Below, piece by piece: positions 40,198 to 49,643 of a stretch of DNA of 64,000 nucleotides (within the stretch, counting starts at the first letter, position 1; every line of letters begins with the position of its first letter). Source of the stretch: Clostridia bacterium (lineage in GTDB: Bacteria; Bacillota; Clostridia; TANB77; CAG-508); the NCBI GenBank assembly GCA_017479865.1, contig JAFVBS010000027.1, forward strand, positions 108 to 64,107, read 5' to 3'. The notes beneath the pieces are model-generated. The model had not been told where the DNA came from, made no database searches, and saw only the letters and a program-made list of their open reading frames with translations. Made by a program: the position numbers and the translations under genes.

Positions 40198-40560
40198 ATG
40201 TTTAATCGTTATAGAAAATCATGTTGCCAAAATCAGTACAATCCTAAAGTAATTGAAACAATTTGTGATAACATAGGAACTTGTGCTGAATATGAGCAAA
40301 TGCCTAATTGTGGTTGTGAAAACGAAATGAACAATAGTTGCGGTTTTCATGAAGAGGAAGAAATGAACGTATTCCCAGAAAATCCAATGTTGGCACAAAG
40401 CTATGTACCAATTCAACAAATGAACAATACTTTTACACCACATTGCGGACTAAAAATGGGAACCATTTTCCCAGAGTTAGTTAGCCCATATATGCCAGGT
40501 CAAAGTATGGCAGAAATTGAATATTTAAGTAATTGCAATAGAATGGAGGAGGGGAGATAA
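40198..40560 (+). CDS. cotJA: spore coat-associated protein CotJA
   Basis: PENPMLAQSYVPIQ...GTIFPELVSPY motif. RBS aaggagg. ATG 40198. Confidence 0.8.
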   Translation: MFNRYRKSCCQNQYNPKVIETICDNIGTCAEYEQMPNCGCENEMNNSCGFHEEEEMNVFPENPMLAQSYVPIQQMNNTFTPHCGLKMGTIFPELVSPYMPGQSMAEIEYLSNCNRMEEGR

Positions 40561-40563
40561 GCG

Positions 40564-40977
40564 ATGCTAGAAGAAAATAATAGAATGTTTGGAGGATGTA
40601 GCAATACAATTACCAATAGTGATTGCCAATACACTCCTCAAGGAATTAATGCAGCCTTTGGTTATAATACGGCAAATTTGTCACAAAACATGGATGAAGA
40701 CGATGACAATATGTGCCCTGAAGAAGCAAGAAGAAGAAAACAGCAAATGCTAAATGATATTAGAAGTTTAAGCTTTGCAATTGTTGAATTGGCTCAATAT
40801 TTAGATACTCATCCAAATGACCAAAAAGCCCTTTGCTTACATCAAGAATATTGTGAGCAATATAGAGATTTAACAGATAAATATCAAAGAATTTTTGGAC
40901 CACTTACCATCTATTTCCCATGTAACAGGTGGAGATGGATAGATGAACCATGGCCATGGGAAGGAGGAATGTGTTAA
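40564..40977 (+). CDS. cotJB: spore coat protein CotJB
   Basis: SFAIVELAQYLDTHPNDQKAL...YRDLTDKYQRIFGPLT. Confidence 0.85.
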   Translation: MLEENNRMFGGCSNTITNSDCQYTPQGINAAFGYNTANLSQNMDEDDDNMCPEEARRRKQQMLNDIRSLSFAIVELAQYLDTHPNDQKALCLHQEYCEQYRDLTDKYQRIFGPLTIYFPCNRWRWIDEPWPWEGGMC

Positions 40978-40978
40978 T

Positions 40979-41608
40979 ATGTGGACCTATAACAAAGTAT
41001 TACAATATCCAATTAATATTAAATGCCCAAATGCAAAATTAGCAAAATTCATCATCTCTCAATACGGAGGACCAGATGGAGAATTGGCAGCTTCGTTAAG
41101 ATATTTATCTCAAAGATTTGCTATGCCAGACCAAAAATCAAAAGCAGTTTTAAATGACATTGGAACAGAGGAATTAGCACACTTAGAAATGGTGGGAACC
41201 ATTGTACATCAATTAACAGAAGGTCTAAGTATCGATGAAATTAGAGCGGCAGGATTAGGAGAATATTATACAGACCATGGGGTTGACGTGTATCCACAAT
41301 CGGCAGCAGGAATGCCATTTAATGCTAACTGTTTAGCTTGTAAGGGAGGCCCTATTGCTAACTTACAAGAAGACTTAGCAGCAGAGCAAAAAGCAAGAGC
41401 AACATATGAAAAATTAATTGATTTGTGCGCAGACGATCCAGATGTACTTGATCCATTACGTTTCTTAAGACAAAGAGAAATTGTTCACTTCCAAAGATTT
41501 GGAGAAGCACTTCGTGGCGTACAGGACAAATTAGCAGAAAAAAGATTTTTCATGAATAATATGCAAAATTGTCCAAACAATATGATGAACCGTGAAGAAG
41601 AAAATTAG
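40979..41608 (+). CDS. cotJC: spore coat protein CotJC (manganese catalase family)
   Basis: ISQYGGPDGELAASLRYLSQRF...EELAHLEMVG. ATG 40979 after aaggagg. Confidence 0.9.
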   Translation: MWTYNKVLQYPINIKCPNAKLAKFIISQYGGPDGELAASLRYLSQRFAMPDQKSKAVLNDIGTEELAHLEMVGTIVHQLTEGLSIDEIRAAGLGEYYTDHGVDVYPQSAAGMPFNANCLACKGGPIANLQEDLAAEQKARATYEKLIDLCADDPDVLDPLRFLRQREIVHFQRFGEALRGVQDKLAEKRFFMNNMQNCPNNMMNREEEN

Positions 41609-41623
41609 TTTATAGAGCAATTC

Positions 41624-41659
41624 AAGCAATACATTCTCGTAAGAATGTGTTGCTTTTTT
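41624..41659 (+). terminator. rho-independent terminator after cotJC
   Basis: aagcaatacattct pairs with agaatgtgttgctt (14 bp, 1 G-U), followed by ttttg. Confidence 0.75.
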
Positions 41660-41752
41660 GTGGATAAAATTAACGAAAAAAACACTCTAAAAAATTTTTA
41701 AAATCACATTAGCAATTATCATGGTATTATTACTCACAATTTTATTTTCAAT

Positions 41753-42481
41753 TTAGTATAATTTTATCATTGCACTTAAACGTCCATTTTCATGATTTTT
41801 CATTACAACAAAATGAGCATCATCTTGCGTAGTATAATAACAATCAACCATATCACCAAGTTTTGCTCCTGTTTTATACATAATTTCAAAATGATTCATT
41901 TCATCCTTTTCATAAATTTCTTCCGGAAGGGCTTCATATGCGTAGTCTAAATAATACGTATTATGCATATGATGATTAAAATCAATATCCCTTCGCAGTA
42001 CAAAAAACGAAAAAGCGGGAATAGCAGGGAGTTTTGGTTCTCCTAATTTGGCAATATCCTCCTCGCAAAACACACTTTTTTCTTCCTTATGATATTTTTC
42101 GAGAATCTCATCGGTTACTCTAGCAATTCCGGAAGTTTCGGTATTAATTAAACTCCATTTGGAACTTGCTCTACAAAGCAAAGTTCCCTGCTCATCATAC
42201 ATTTCAAAGTCACGTAGTGTAAAAAACTTATTAGCACTTCTTGCCCAAGTTTTTACAGTAACCATTTCTCCGTAGCAAACTCTTTGCAAAATTTCTACTT
42301 TCCAATGGAGTAGTACCCATGAAAGATGAGTCTTAGGAATGTCATTATATCCATAGCCAGCTAAATCAGAATGCTTACAAGCAATAGTTTCTAAAAAACT
42401 CAAAATACCTTTATTGGATATTTTGCCAGAATTGCCAATATAATTTACTTTTACAATATTTTTTTCTTCTATAATGGCCAT
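41753..42481 (-). CDS. acyl-ACP thioesterase
   Basis: 242 aa. Double hot-dog fold pattern (HLSWVLLHW...; NHHMHNTYYLDYA). Confidence 0.85.
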   Translation of the reverse strand: MAIIEEKNIVKVNYIGNSGKISNKGILSFLETIACKHSDLAGYGYNDIPKTHLSWVLLHWKVEILQRVCYGEMVTVKTWARSANKFFTLRDFEMYDEQGTLLCRASSKWSLINTETSGIARVTDEILEKYHKEEKSVFCEEDIAKLGEPKLPAIPAFSFFVLRRDIDFNHHMHNTYYLDYAYEALPEEIYEKDEMNHFEIMYKTGAKLGDMVDCYYTTQDDAHFVVMKNHENGRLSAMIKLY

Positions 42482-42569
42482 CTTTATTCCTCTTTTCTTT
42501 TTATCATATTTCTAAGTTAAAAGTATACCATAAAAAAACAAAAAGTGGTATTATTTTTTCACAATAACA

Positions 42570-42598
42570 TTGACAATTTTTGTCGGCTTCTGTAAAAT
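42570..42598 (+). promoter_or_regulatory. sigma-A-type promoter
   Basis: TTGACA (42570-42575), 17 nt spacer, TAAAAT (42593-42598). Confidence 0.6.
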
Positions 42599-42633
42599 AA
42601 AGATATAAAACGGAAGAGAAAGGGGAGAAAAAA

Positions 42634-42903
42634 ATGGGGATTGCTTCATTGGTTTTAGGAATTATTAGCCTTATATTTGGTATCATATTAGGGTGGATTC
42701 CTTTTATTGGCTTTATATTTCCAATTTTAGCAATTGTAGGACTGATTTTAGGAATTGTAGATACTGCGAAAAAATCGCAAACTGATGACAAAAAAGGAAT
42801 TAGTATTGCGGGACTTGTTACAAGTGCTTTTGCAGTTATCGTCACTATCTCTATGTTCTTTATTTCTGGAGCGCTAAGTTTAGTAATTCTTTCAGAAATG
42901 TAA
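42634..42903 (+). CDS. DUF4190-like small membrane protein
   Basis: 89 aa. GIASLVLGIISL...IPFIGFIFPILAIVGLILGI pattern. RBS aggggag. Confidence 0.6.
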   Translation: MGIASLVLGIISLIFGIILGWIPFIGFIFPILAIVGLILGIVDTAKKSQTDDKKGISIAGLVTSAFAVIVTISMFFISGALSLVILSEM

Positions 42904-43058
42904 TTTATTGTTAACGTAAAATAAGATTTTTGATGCAACGTATTTGCTAAAAAATCTTATTTTGCATTTGTAAAACTTTCAAAAACATCAAAGTTTTAGA
43001 GAGTACTCCTATTATTAAGGAAGAGGTTAGGAAGATTTAATAAAATGATAAAAAAATG

Positions 43059-43087
43059 TTGACAAACAAAAACAAAAGTTCTATAAT
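43059..43087 (+). promoter_or_regulatory. consensus sigma-A promoter
   Basis: TTGACA (43059-43064), 17 nt spacer, TATAAT (43082-43087). Confidence 0.55.
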
Positions 43088-43220
43088 TATATTGATTTCA
43101 TTCTGAAAATTGAGAAGGTCTTTTATTATTTTTTTCGGTAAATAATTCAAAACAGAAAAAACATATAGGGGGTGGTAATAAGCAAACTTGGATTCCCAAA
43201 AGAGAAAAGAGGTGAATTTA

Positions 43221-43460
43221 ATGCAACAATATCAAAATTTTGAAGATTTCATTGCAGAAATTACAGAACTTTTACAATCCATTCAAGAGGAACAAAATGC
43301 CACAAATCAAAAAATAGAGCAATACCATAAAATCAACATGAAAAAATTTGCAAAGCTCACAGAATTTCATGAAATTTGTGATATGACAAATCAAGTATTT
43401 GAAAGAAGAATTAGCAATATCGAACGAAAAATATCAGAACTAGCAAGTAAAATCAAATAA
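43221..43460 (+). CDS. hypothetical coiled-coil protein (79 aa)
   Basis: RBS aaagagg 8 nt before ATG 43221. Helical heptad-like sequence. Confidence 0.45.
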   Translation: MQQYQNFEDFIAEITELLQSIQEEQNATNQKIEQYHKINMKKFAKLTEFHEICDMTNQVFERRISNIERKISELASKIK

Positions 43461-43486
43461 TTGATGATAAAATTCTATCAAGGTAC

Positions 43487-43515
43487 TTGATAAATATTGC
43501 AAATAAAGGTAAAAT
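43487..43515 (+). promoter_or_regulatory. sigma-A-type promoter upstream of murT
   Basis: TTGATA (43487-43492), 17 nt spacer, TAAAAT (43510-43515). Confidence 0.55.
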
Positions 43516-43553
43516 AAGGGCATAATTGATATAAATAAAAGGAGATATGAAAT

Positions 43554-44954
43554 ATGATGCAAAAGAAAACAGTAAAATTTTATTTTGCTCTATGGCTGGC
43601 AAAAGGATCCTCCTTACTTTTAAAAATTTTTAGACGAAATGGAACCCAATTGCCGGGTAAATTGGCTTTAAAATTATGCCCTAATTTTTTAGGAATGTTA
43701 GGTAAGCCTAATACTATTATTGGTGTCACAGGAACAAATGGAAAAACAACAGTATGTAATATGATTAACGATATTTTAACTGACAATGGCTATGACTTTG
43801 TTAATAATAAATATGGTTCTAATACCAATGCAGGAATTGTTACTACTCTCATAAAAGGTGCTACCATGTCTGGAAAAAGTAAAAAAGATATGGTAGTGTT
43901 AGAAATTGACGAAAGAAGCTCAAATCGAATCTTTCCTTATCTCACACCAACCTATCTCGTTTGCAATAATATTTTTAGAGATTCATTGCAACGTAATGCA
44001 CACACAGAATTTATTGCTAGTATTTTAAACAAATATATTCCAAAAGAAACCATTATGATAGAAAATGCAGATGATTTAATTTGCAGTCACATTGCAGATA
44101 ACAATCAAAAAATTTATTTTAGCATTAGCCAGTTAAAAACTGATACCAAAGAATGCCAAAATATCACGAGAGATATTCGAGTATGTCCTAAATGCTATGC
44201 TCCTTTAGAGTATGAATACGTTAGATATCATCATATTGGAAAAGCTCACTGCCCAAACTGTGATTATGGCACACGAAAAGCAGACTATGTGGTCACGAAT
44301 ATCAACCTCGACAATAAGGAAATGACAGTACAACATCAAGAACAAGAAGAAAAATATCACTTAGTAAGCAATAACATTATCAATATTTATAACATGCTTG
44401 CAGCAATCATAGTTTTAAAACAATTAGGACTAACAAGAGAACAAATTAACAGCTCCTTCGCAAAATTAAAAATTGTCGAAACCAGGTTTAGCGAAGAAGA
44501 ATATCATGGCTATCACATTATTACACAACTATCAAAAGGTATGAACCCAATTGCATGCTCAAGAGCTTTTGATTATGTCAGAAAGCAACCGGGTAACAAA
44601 GTAGCAATTGTTGTGTTAGACGATACGCATGTGGAGGCTAATAGTTCGGAAAATACAGCATGGCAATATGATACAGATTATGAATTCTTAAAAGATGATA
44701 GTATCAAGCAAATTATTATTGCAGGACCACGCTATTTGGATGGTTATATTCGTTTAATGATGGCAGATATTGAACCAGAAAAAATTGTTCACGAAAAGGA
44801 TTTAATAGAGGCAACAGAAAAAATTCAGTTAGAGGGTATTGACAAAATTTTTATTTTACACGACTTATACTTAATTCAAGAGGCAAAACAAATCAAAAAC
44901 AAGGTAAAAGAAATGATTGATCAAAAATCAGAAGAAAGGGCTAATGAAGAATGA
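43554..44954 (+). CDS. murT: MurT-like Mur-ligase family protein (lipid II isoglutaminyl synthase ligase subunit)
   Basis: GVTGTNGKTT P-loop, Cys4 ribbon CPKC...CPNC, C-terminal DUF1727-like region. Translationally coupled to the next gene (ATGA overlap). Confidence 0.85.
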   Translation: MMQKKTVKFYFALWLAKGSSLLLKIFRRNGTQLPGKLALKLCPNFLGMLGKPNTIIGVTGTNGKTTVCNMINDILTDNGYDFVNNKYGSNTNAGIVTTLIKGATMSGKSKKDMVVLEIDERSSNRIFPYLTPTYLVCNNIFRDSLQRNAHTEFIASILNKYIPKETIMIENADDLICSHIADNNQKIYFSISQLKTDTKECQNITRDIRVCPKCYAPLEYEYVRYHHIGKAHCPNCDYGTRKADYVVTNINLDNKEMTVQHQEQEEKYHLVSNNIINIYNMLAAIIVLKQLGLTREQINSSFAKLKIVETRFSEEEYHGYHIITQLSKGMNPIACSRAFDYVRKQPGNKVAIVVLDDTHVEANSSENTAWQYDTDYEFLKDDSIKQIIIAGPRYLDGYIRLMMADIEPEKIVHEKDLIEATEKIQLEGIDKIFILHDLYLIQEAKQIKNKVKEMIDQKSEERANEE

Positions 44955-45655
44955 AAATAGAAGTTTTATTTCCAGAATTCTGTAATTTAAGCGGAGATAT
45001 GGCAAATATTAGGTATCTAAGAAAATGCATACCAGAAGCAGAAGTGATTGAAACCTCCATTGATATGGAACCAGCTTTCAATACACAGGAAGATATTAAC
45101 TTAATTTACATGGGAACTTTATCAGAAATAGCACAAGAAATTGTCATTCAAAAATTAAAACCTTATCAAGAAAAAATCAAAGAATTAATTGAAAAAGGAC
45201 AGCTCTTTTTGTTCACCGGAAATAGTGTGGAAGTGCTAGGAAGCTATATTGAAAACGAGGATGGAAGCAAAATACAAGGACTTGGTATTTTTAATGTGCA
45301 TGCCAAAAGAGATATGATGCATCGACACAATAGCTTATTTTTAGGAGACTATGAAGGTATAGAAATTGTAGGATTTAAAAGTCAATTTACCATGTTATAC
45401 GGCAATAATGAGCAAAATTATTTTATCAAGGCAAAGATGGGCGTTGGAATTAATCCAGAAAGTAAGCTTGAGGGGATTCATCAAAACAATTTCTTTGCCA
45501 CTTATCTCATTGGACCATTTTTAATTTTAAACCCGCAATTTACTTTAAAATTAATGGAACTAATGAAAGTAGAAAAACCAACTCTCGCATTTGAGGAGGA
45601 CATGCTAAAAGCCTATCAAGAAAGGCTCGCTAAATTTAAAACTCTAACCTATTGA
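44951..45655 (+). CDS. gatD: GatD/CobQ-type glutamine amidotransferase-like protein lacking the expected Cys/His catalytic residues
   Basis: 234 aa. Position, size and GLGIFNV...IVGF...EGIH...ATYLxGP pattern match GatD. The nucleophile elbow reads FTGNSVEVLG and the His site reads YLIGP. Confidence 0.7.
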   Translation: MKIEVLFPEFCNLSGDMANIRYLRKCIPEAEVIETSIDMEPAFNTQEDINLIYMGTLSEIAQEIVIQKLKPYQEKIKELIEKGQLFLFTGNSVEVLGSYIENEDGSKIQGLGIFNVHAKRDMMHRHNSLFLGDYEGIEIVGFKSQFTMLYGNNEQNYFIKAKMGVGINPESKLEGIHQNNFFATYLIGPFLILNPQFTLKLMELMKVEKPTLAFEEDMLKAYQERLAKFKTLTY

Positions 45656-45738
45656 AAAAAATACAAGACTATGATATAAATTAAGAAGCAAAATACAATG
45701 ACAAGTCTTATGGAAGGACGCAAATCAAAGAATAAAAC

Positions 45739-46764
45739 ATGAAAAATATCAAAAATTATCAGTTAGAAGAATTAAAGCAAGAGCTTAGCAATTTAGGAGA
45801 AAAGCCATATCGTGCAGAGCAAATTTTTCATTGGATCTATACAGAAAAAGTAAAAGCATTTGATGATATGACCAATCTTTCTCTAGAACTAAGGGAAAAG
45901 CTAAAACAAAATTACACCATATGCAATTTTCAAATTTTACAAAAACAAGAATCGTCAGATGGAACAAAAAAATATTTATTTGATGTATTAGATGGCAATG
46001 CTATTGAAACAGTTTTAATGCAATATCATCACGGAAAAACAATTTGTGTTTCTTCACAAATTGGTTGTAAAATGGGGTGCAAATTTTGCGCATCTACAGG
46101 AATTGCATTTATACGCAACTTAACAGCAGGAGAAATTGTAGAAGAAATTTTAGCAGTAGAACAAGACATTGGAGAACCAGTTTCCAATATTGTATTTATG
46201 GGAATTGGAGAACCATTTGACAATTACGATAATGTAATGAAAGCCATTCGTATCATCAATCACCCTAAAGGGCTAAATATTGGAGCAAGACACATTAGTG
46301 TTTCAACTTCAGGCATAGTTCCCCAAATATATCAATTTGCGAATGAGGGCCTGCCATGCACACTTTCTATTTCACTTCATGCCACAACAGATGAAAAGAG
46401 AAGCAGCATGATGCCAGTAAATAATTTATATTCCATTAGTGAATTAATGCAGGCTTGCAAAGACTATATAGCAAAAACAAATAAAAGAATTTCGTTTGAA
46501 TATGCCTTAGCAAAAGACAATAACGATAATTTAGAAGATGCCAAACAATTGGTAAAACTATTAAATGGCATGCTATGTCATGTCAATTTAATCCCCATTA
46601 ACAAAATAGAAAATGGAAAATATGTGAAAAGTACAAATGAAAATATCATTCACTTTAGAGACTATCTAAACGACCATGGCATTGTAGCGACTATTCGAAG
46701 AGAGCTTGGCTCTGATATTGATGCTGCTTGTGGTCAATTAAGGAGAAAGAATTTAAAACAATAA
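45739..46764 (+). CDS. rlmN: 23S rRNA/tRNA (adenine-C2)-methyltransferase RlmN (radical SAM)
   Basis: CKMGCKFCAS cluster, GIGEP, and C-terminal DIDAACGQL. Confidence 0.93.
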   Translation: MKNIKNYQLEELKQELSNLGEKPYRAEQIFHWIYTEKVKAFDDMTNLSLELREKLKQNYTICNFQILQKQESSDGTKKYLFDVLDGNAIETVLMQYHHGKTICVSSQIGCKMGCKFCASTGIAFIRNLTAGEIVEEILAVEQDIGEPVSNIVFMGIGEPFDNYDNVMKAIRIINHPKGLNIGARHISVSTSGIVPQIYQFANEGLPCTLSISLHATTDEKRSSMMPVNNLYSISELMQACKDYIAKTNKRISFEYALAKDNNDNLEDAKQLVKLLNGMLCHVNLIPINKIENGKYVKSTNENIIHFRDYLNDHGIVATIRRELGSDIDAACGQLRRKNLKQ

Positions 46765-46806
46765 GAGTACAATTATTGCAACATCAAAACCAAAAATAGG
46801 AGGAAA

Positions 46807-47538
46807 ATGCAAATGAGAAGTTTTGCTAAAACAGATATTGGCAAAGCAAGAGAAATTAATCAAGACTATTACTCTATTCCAACTCAAGAGGAAGAACTAG
46901 AAATTTTTATTTTAGCAGATGGTATGGGTGGATACAATGGAGGGGAAATTGCTAGCAAGCTTGCAACAGATTCCGTCAAAAGCTATATCAAAAATAATTT
47001 TGCACAAATAGAACATAGCAAAGAAAGCTTACTAGACCTTCTTCAAAGTGCAATAGAGTACGCTAACATGGTAGTATATGAAAAATCAAAAAGTGAAAAA
47101 GAATTAGAGGGAATGGGTACTACTTTAGACATTTGCTTCATATATAATAATAAAATCTATATCGGACATGTAGGAGATAGCAGAGTTTATCGCATTCGTG
47201 GAGACGTAATTCGCAAATTAACTAAAGACCATAGTTATGTGCAAAAATTAGTAGAGGATGGAAAAATTACGAGAGAAGAAGCAAATCACCATCCAAAGAA
47301 AAACATGCTAATGAAAGCATTGGGATGCACTGCTTATGTAGAGCCAGATATTAGAGCGAGAAATTTAGAAAAAGGGGACATCATACTCATGTGCTCTGAT
47401 GGACTTACCAATATGGTAGAGGAAGCAACAATTGAAAAAGTGGTGAGAGAAAATCCAGAATTAGCACCGGAAAAATTAGTGAACTTAGCGAATAACGCAG
47501 GCGGATATGACAATATTACAGTCATTACAATAATATAG
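46807..47538 (+). CDS. stp: PP2C-family Ser/Thr phosphatase
   Basis: TDIGKAREINQD, ADGMGG, GDSR and DGLT motifs. ATG 46813 is an alternative start with better RBS spacing. Confidence 0.9.
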   Translation: MQMRSFAKTDIGKAREINQDYYSIPTQEEELEIFILADGMGGYNGGEIASKLATDSVKSYIKNNFAQIEHSKESLLDLLQSAIEYANMVVYEKSKSEKELEGMGTTLDICFIYNNKIYIGHVGDSRVYRIRGDVIRKLTKDHSYVQKLVEDGKITREEANHHPKKNMLMKALGCTAYVEPDIRARNLEKGDIILMCSDGLTNMVEEATIEKVVRENPELAPEKLVNLANNAGGYDNITVITII

Positions 47539-47551
47539 GGGAGAGAAATAT

Positions 47552-49525
47552 ATGAATTTAGTAGGAAAAGTAATAGGAAATCGATATGAAATATTAGAAA
47601 AAATTGGCGAAGGTGGAATGGCAACTGTATATAAAGCAAGAGATAATATTTTAAAACGATATGTAGCAGTTAAAGTGTTAAGAGACGAATTTATTACTGA
47701 TGAGGAATTTGTAAAAAGATTTAATACAGAAGCACAATCTGCAGCAAGCCTTACTCATCCTAATATTGTTTCCATTTATGATGTAGGACATGAAGAAAAT
47801 ATTTATTATATTGTTATGGAATTGGTTCAGGGCAAAACATTAAAAGAAATTATTAACCAAGACGGCGTGTTACCATGGAAATGGTCTGTGAATATTGCAA
47901 TTCAAGTGGCATCAGCCCTAGAAACTGCCCACAGAAACAATATAGTACACCGAGACATTAAGCCACACAACATTATTATTACCGAAGATGGAATTGCAAA
48001 AGTAACTGACTTTGGTATTGCAAAAGCAGTTTCCAATTCTACAATCACTGCATTTGGAACTACCATTGGATCTGTTCACTACTTTTCACCAGAGCATGCC
48101 AGAGGAGGATATACTGATGCAAAATCAGATATTTACTCTTTAGGAGTTGTGATGTATGAAATGCTCACAGGAAGAGTTCCATTTGACGCAGATACTCCAG
48201 TATCAATTGCTTTAAAACACATGCAAGAAAAACCAGTAGAACCAATTAAGTTAAATCCATCAATTCCATATGCCATCAATAAAATTATGATGAAAGCAAT
48301 GGAAAAGGATACTTCTGTTAGATATCAATCTGCCACTGAAATGCTAAGAGATTTAAGCATGGCATTAAAAAATCCAGAAGGAAATTTTGTCAAGAGTAAT
48401 GCAGAAACCATACAATTTACCCAAAGAATTCCTACTCTAGGGGGAGAAGAAATGAAAGAACAAAAAAATACAAGAAAAGATGGTAGGACAAATTTTTCTG
48501 AAAAGGACAGAAAAAAGAAAAAAGTAATCATAATTTCCTTGATTGTGGTACTTATCATTTTTATTCCATTACTTGGCTTTTTTGGCACAAAACTATTATT
48601 AGAGGCAGGAACTCCAAAAGATATTCAATTAAAAAATTTAGCAGGAATGACAATAGAAGAAGCAAAGCAAGCTTTAAGTGGTACAGGAGTTACCTTGGAA
48701 ATTAAAGAAGAAACCTATAATAACACTGTAGAGGCGGGAAAAATTATTTCACAAGAACCTCCATATAGTGAAGGCTATACCATCAAAGAAAATTCTATTA
48801 TCAAAGTGGTAGTCAGCCAAGGAACAAAAACAGCAACTGTAAAAAAAGTAGTGGGCATGACATATGAAGAAGCGGAAAACACATTAAAAGAGTTAGACCT
48901 GCAAGTAGAAAAAATTGAGCAAACAAGCAAAACAGTGGAAGAAGGCTATGTCATTAAACAAGACCCAGAAGAAGGAAAAACAGTAAAAGCAGGAGAAACG
49001 GTTAAAGTTTATGTTAGCCTTGGAACAGGAATTAAACAAATTTCTATGCCATATGTGGTTGGCGATACCGAAGCAACTGCAAAAGAAAAATTAAAGAGTT
49101 TAGAAGTGACAGTAGTCTATGAAGAGGACATGACAAAAGTCGATGGAAAGGTTTTAAAGCAAAGCATTGAAGCTGGAAAAACAGTGGATGAGGGAACCAA
49201 AGTAACCATTACAGTCAATAAAATAGAAGCCATTAAAACAGGAAAAATCAAATTGAATTTAAAATCTCTTTTGGGAGAAAAAAGTAAAATTGAAGTAAAT
49301 CCAGAAACGGGAGAGGAAATTAATCCAACTGTCAAGTTAAGAATTGAAGTAAGTGGGGACACGGTATATTCTGATATAGTTAGAAAAGATAGCACAGATA
49401 TTACAGCAACTGCTTCAGGAAAAGGAACTGTTGCAGTGAAAGTATTTATTGATGATATCAAAAATACTTCTGCTGACAAACAATTTGATTTAACAGTAGA
49501 CAATCCAGTTCTTGTTATTGACTAA
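47552..49525 (+). CDS. prkC: Ser/Thr protein kinase with PASTA repeats (PrkC/PknB)
   Basis: Kinase motifs GEGGMATVY, HRDIKPHN and DFGIA, a TM helix, then repeated PASTA-like modules. Confidence 0.93.
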   Translation: MNLVGKVIGNRYEILEKIGEGGMATVYKARDNILKRYVAVKVLRDEFITDEEFVKRFNTEAQSAASLTHPNIVSIYDVGHEENIYYIVMELVQGKTLKEIINQDGVLPWKWSVNIAIQVASALETAHRNNIVHRDIKPHNIIITEDGIAKVTDFGIAKAVSNSTITAFGTTIGSVHYFSPEHARGGYTDAKSDIYSLGVVMYEMLTGRVPFDADTPVSIALKHMQEKPVEPIKLNPSIPYAINKIMMKAMEKDTSVRYQSATEMLRDLSMALKNPEGNFVKSNAETIQFTQRIPTLGGEEMKEQKNTRKDGRTNFSEKDRKKKKVIIISLIVVLIIFIPLLGFFGTKLLLEAGTPKDIQLKNLAGMTIEEAKQALSGTGVTLEIKEETYNNTVEAGKIISQEPPYSEGYTIKENSIIKVVVSQGTKTATVKKVVGMTYEEAENTLKELDLQVEKIEQTSKTVEEGYVIKQDPEEGKTVKAGETVKVYVSLGTGIKQISMPYVVGDTEATAKEKLKSLEVTVVYEEDMTKVDGKVLKQSIEAGKTVDEGTKVTITVNKIEAIKTGKIKLNLKSLLGEKSKIEVNPETGEEINPTVKLRIEVSGDTVYSDIVRKDSTDITATASGKGTVAVKVFIDDIKNTSADKQFDLTVDNPVLVID

Positions 49526-49542
49526 AAAATAAAGAAATATAG

Positions 49543-49623
49543 GGGCGTGCATCGCGCACGTCCACTACTATTATTATCAAAGCATTTTAAAACACGGTAT
49601 TTGTAGTGGAGCACTTTGTGCTC
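49543..49623 (+). other. G+C-enriched intergenic segment with three mutually overlapping hairpins
   Basis: H1 is gggcgtgc/gcacgtcc (49543-49563). H2 is tccactac/gtagtgga (49561-49568 with 49603-49610). H3 is gagcac/gtgctc (49609-49623). Confidence 0.5.
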
Positions 49624-49643
49624 TATCAATAAAAGGAGCATTT

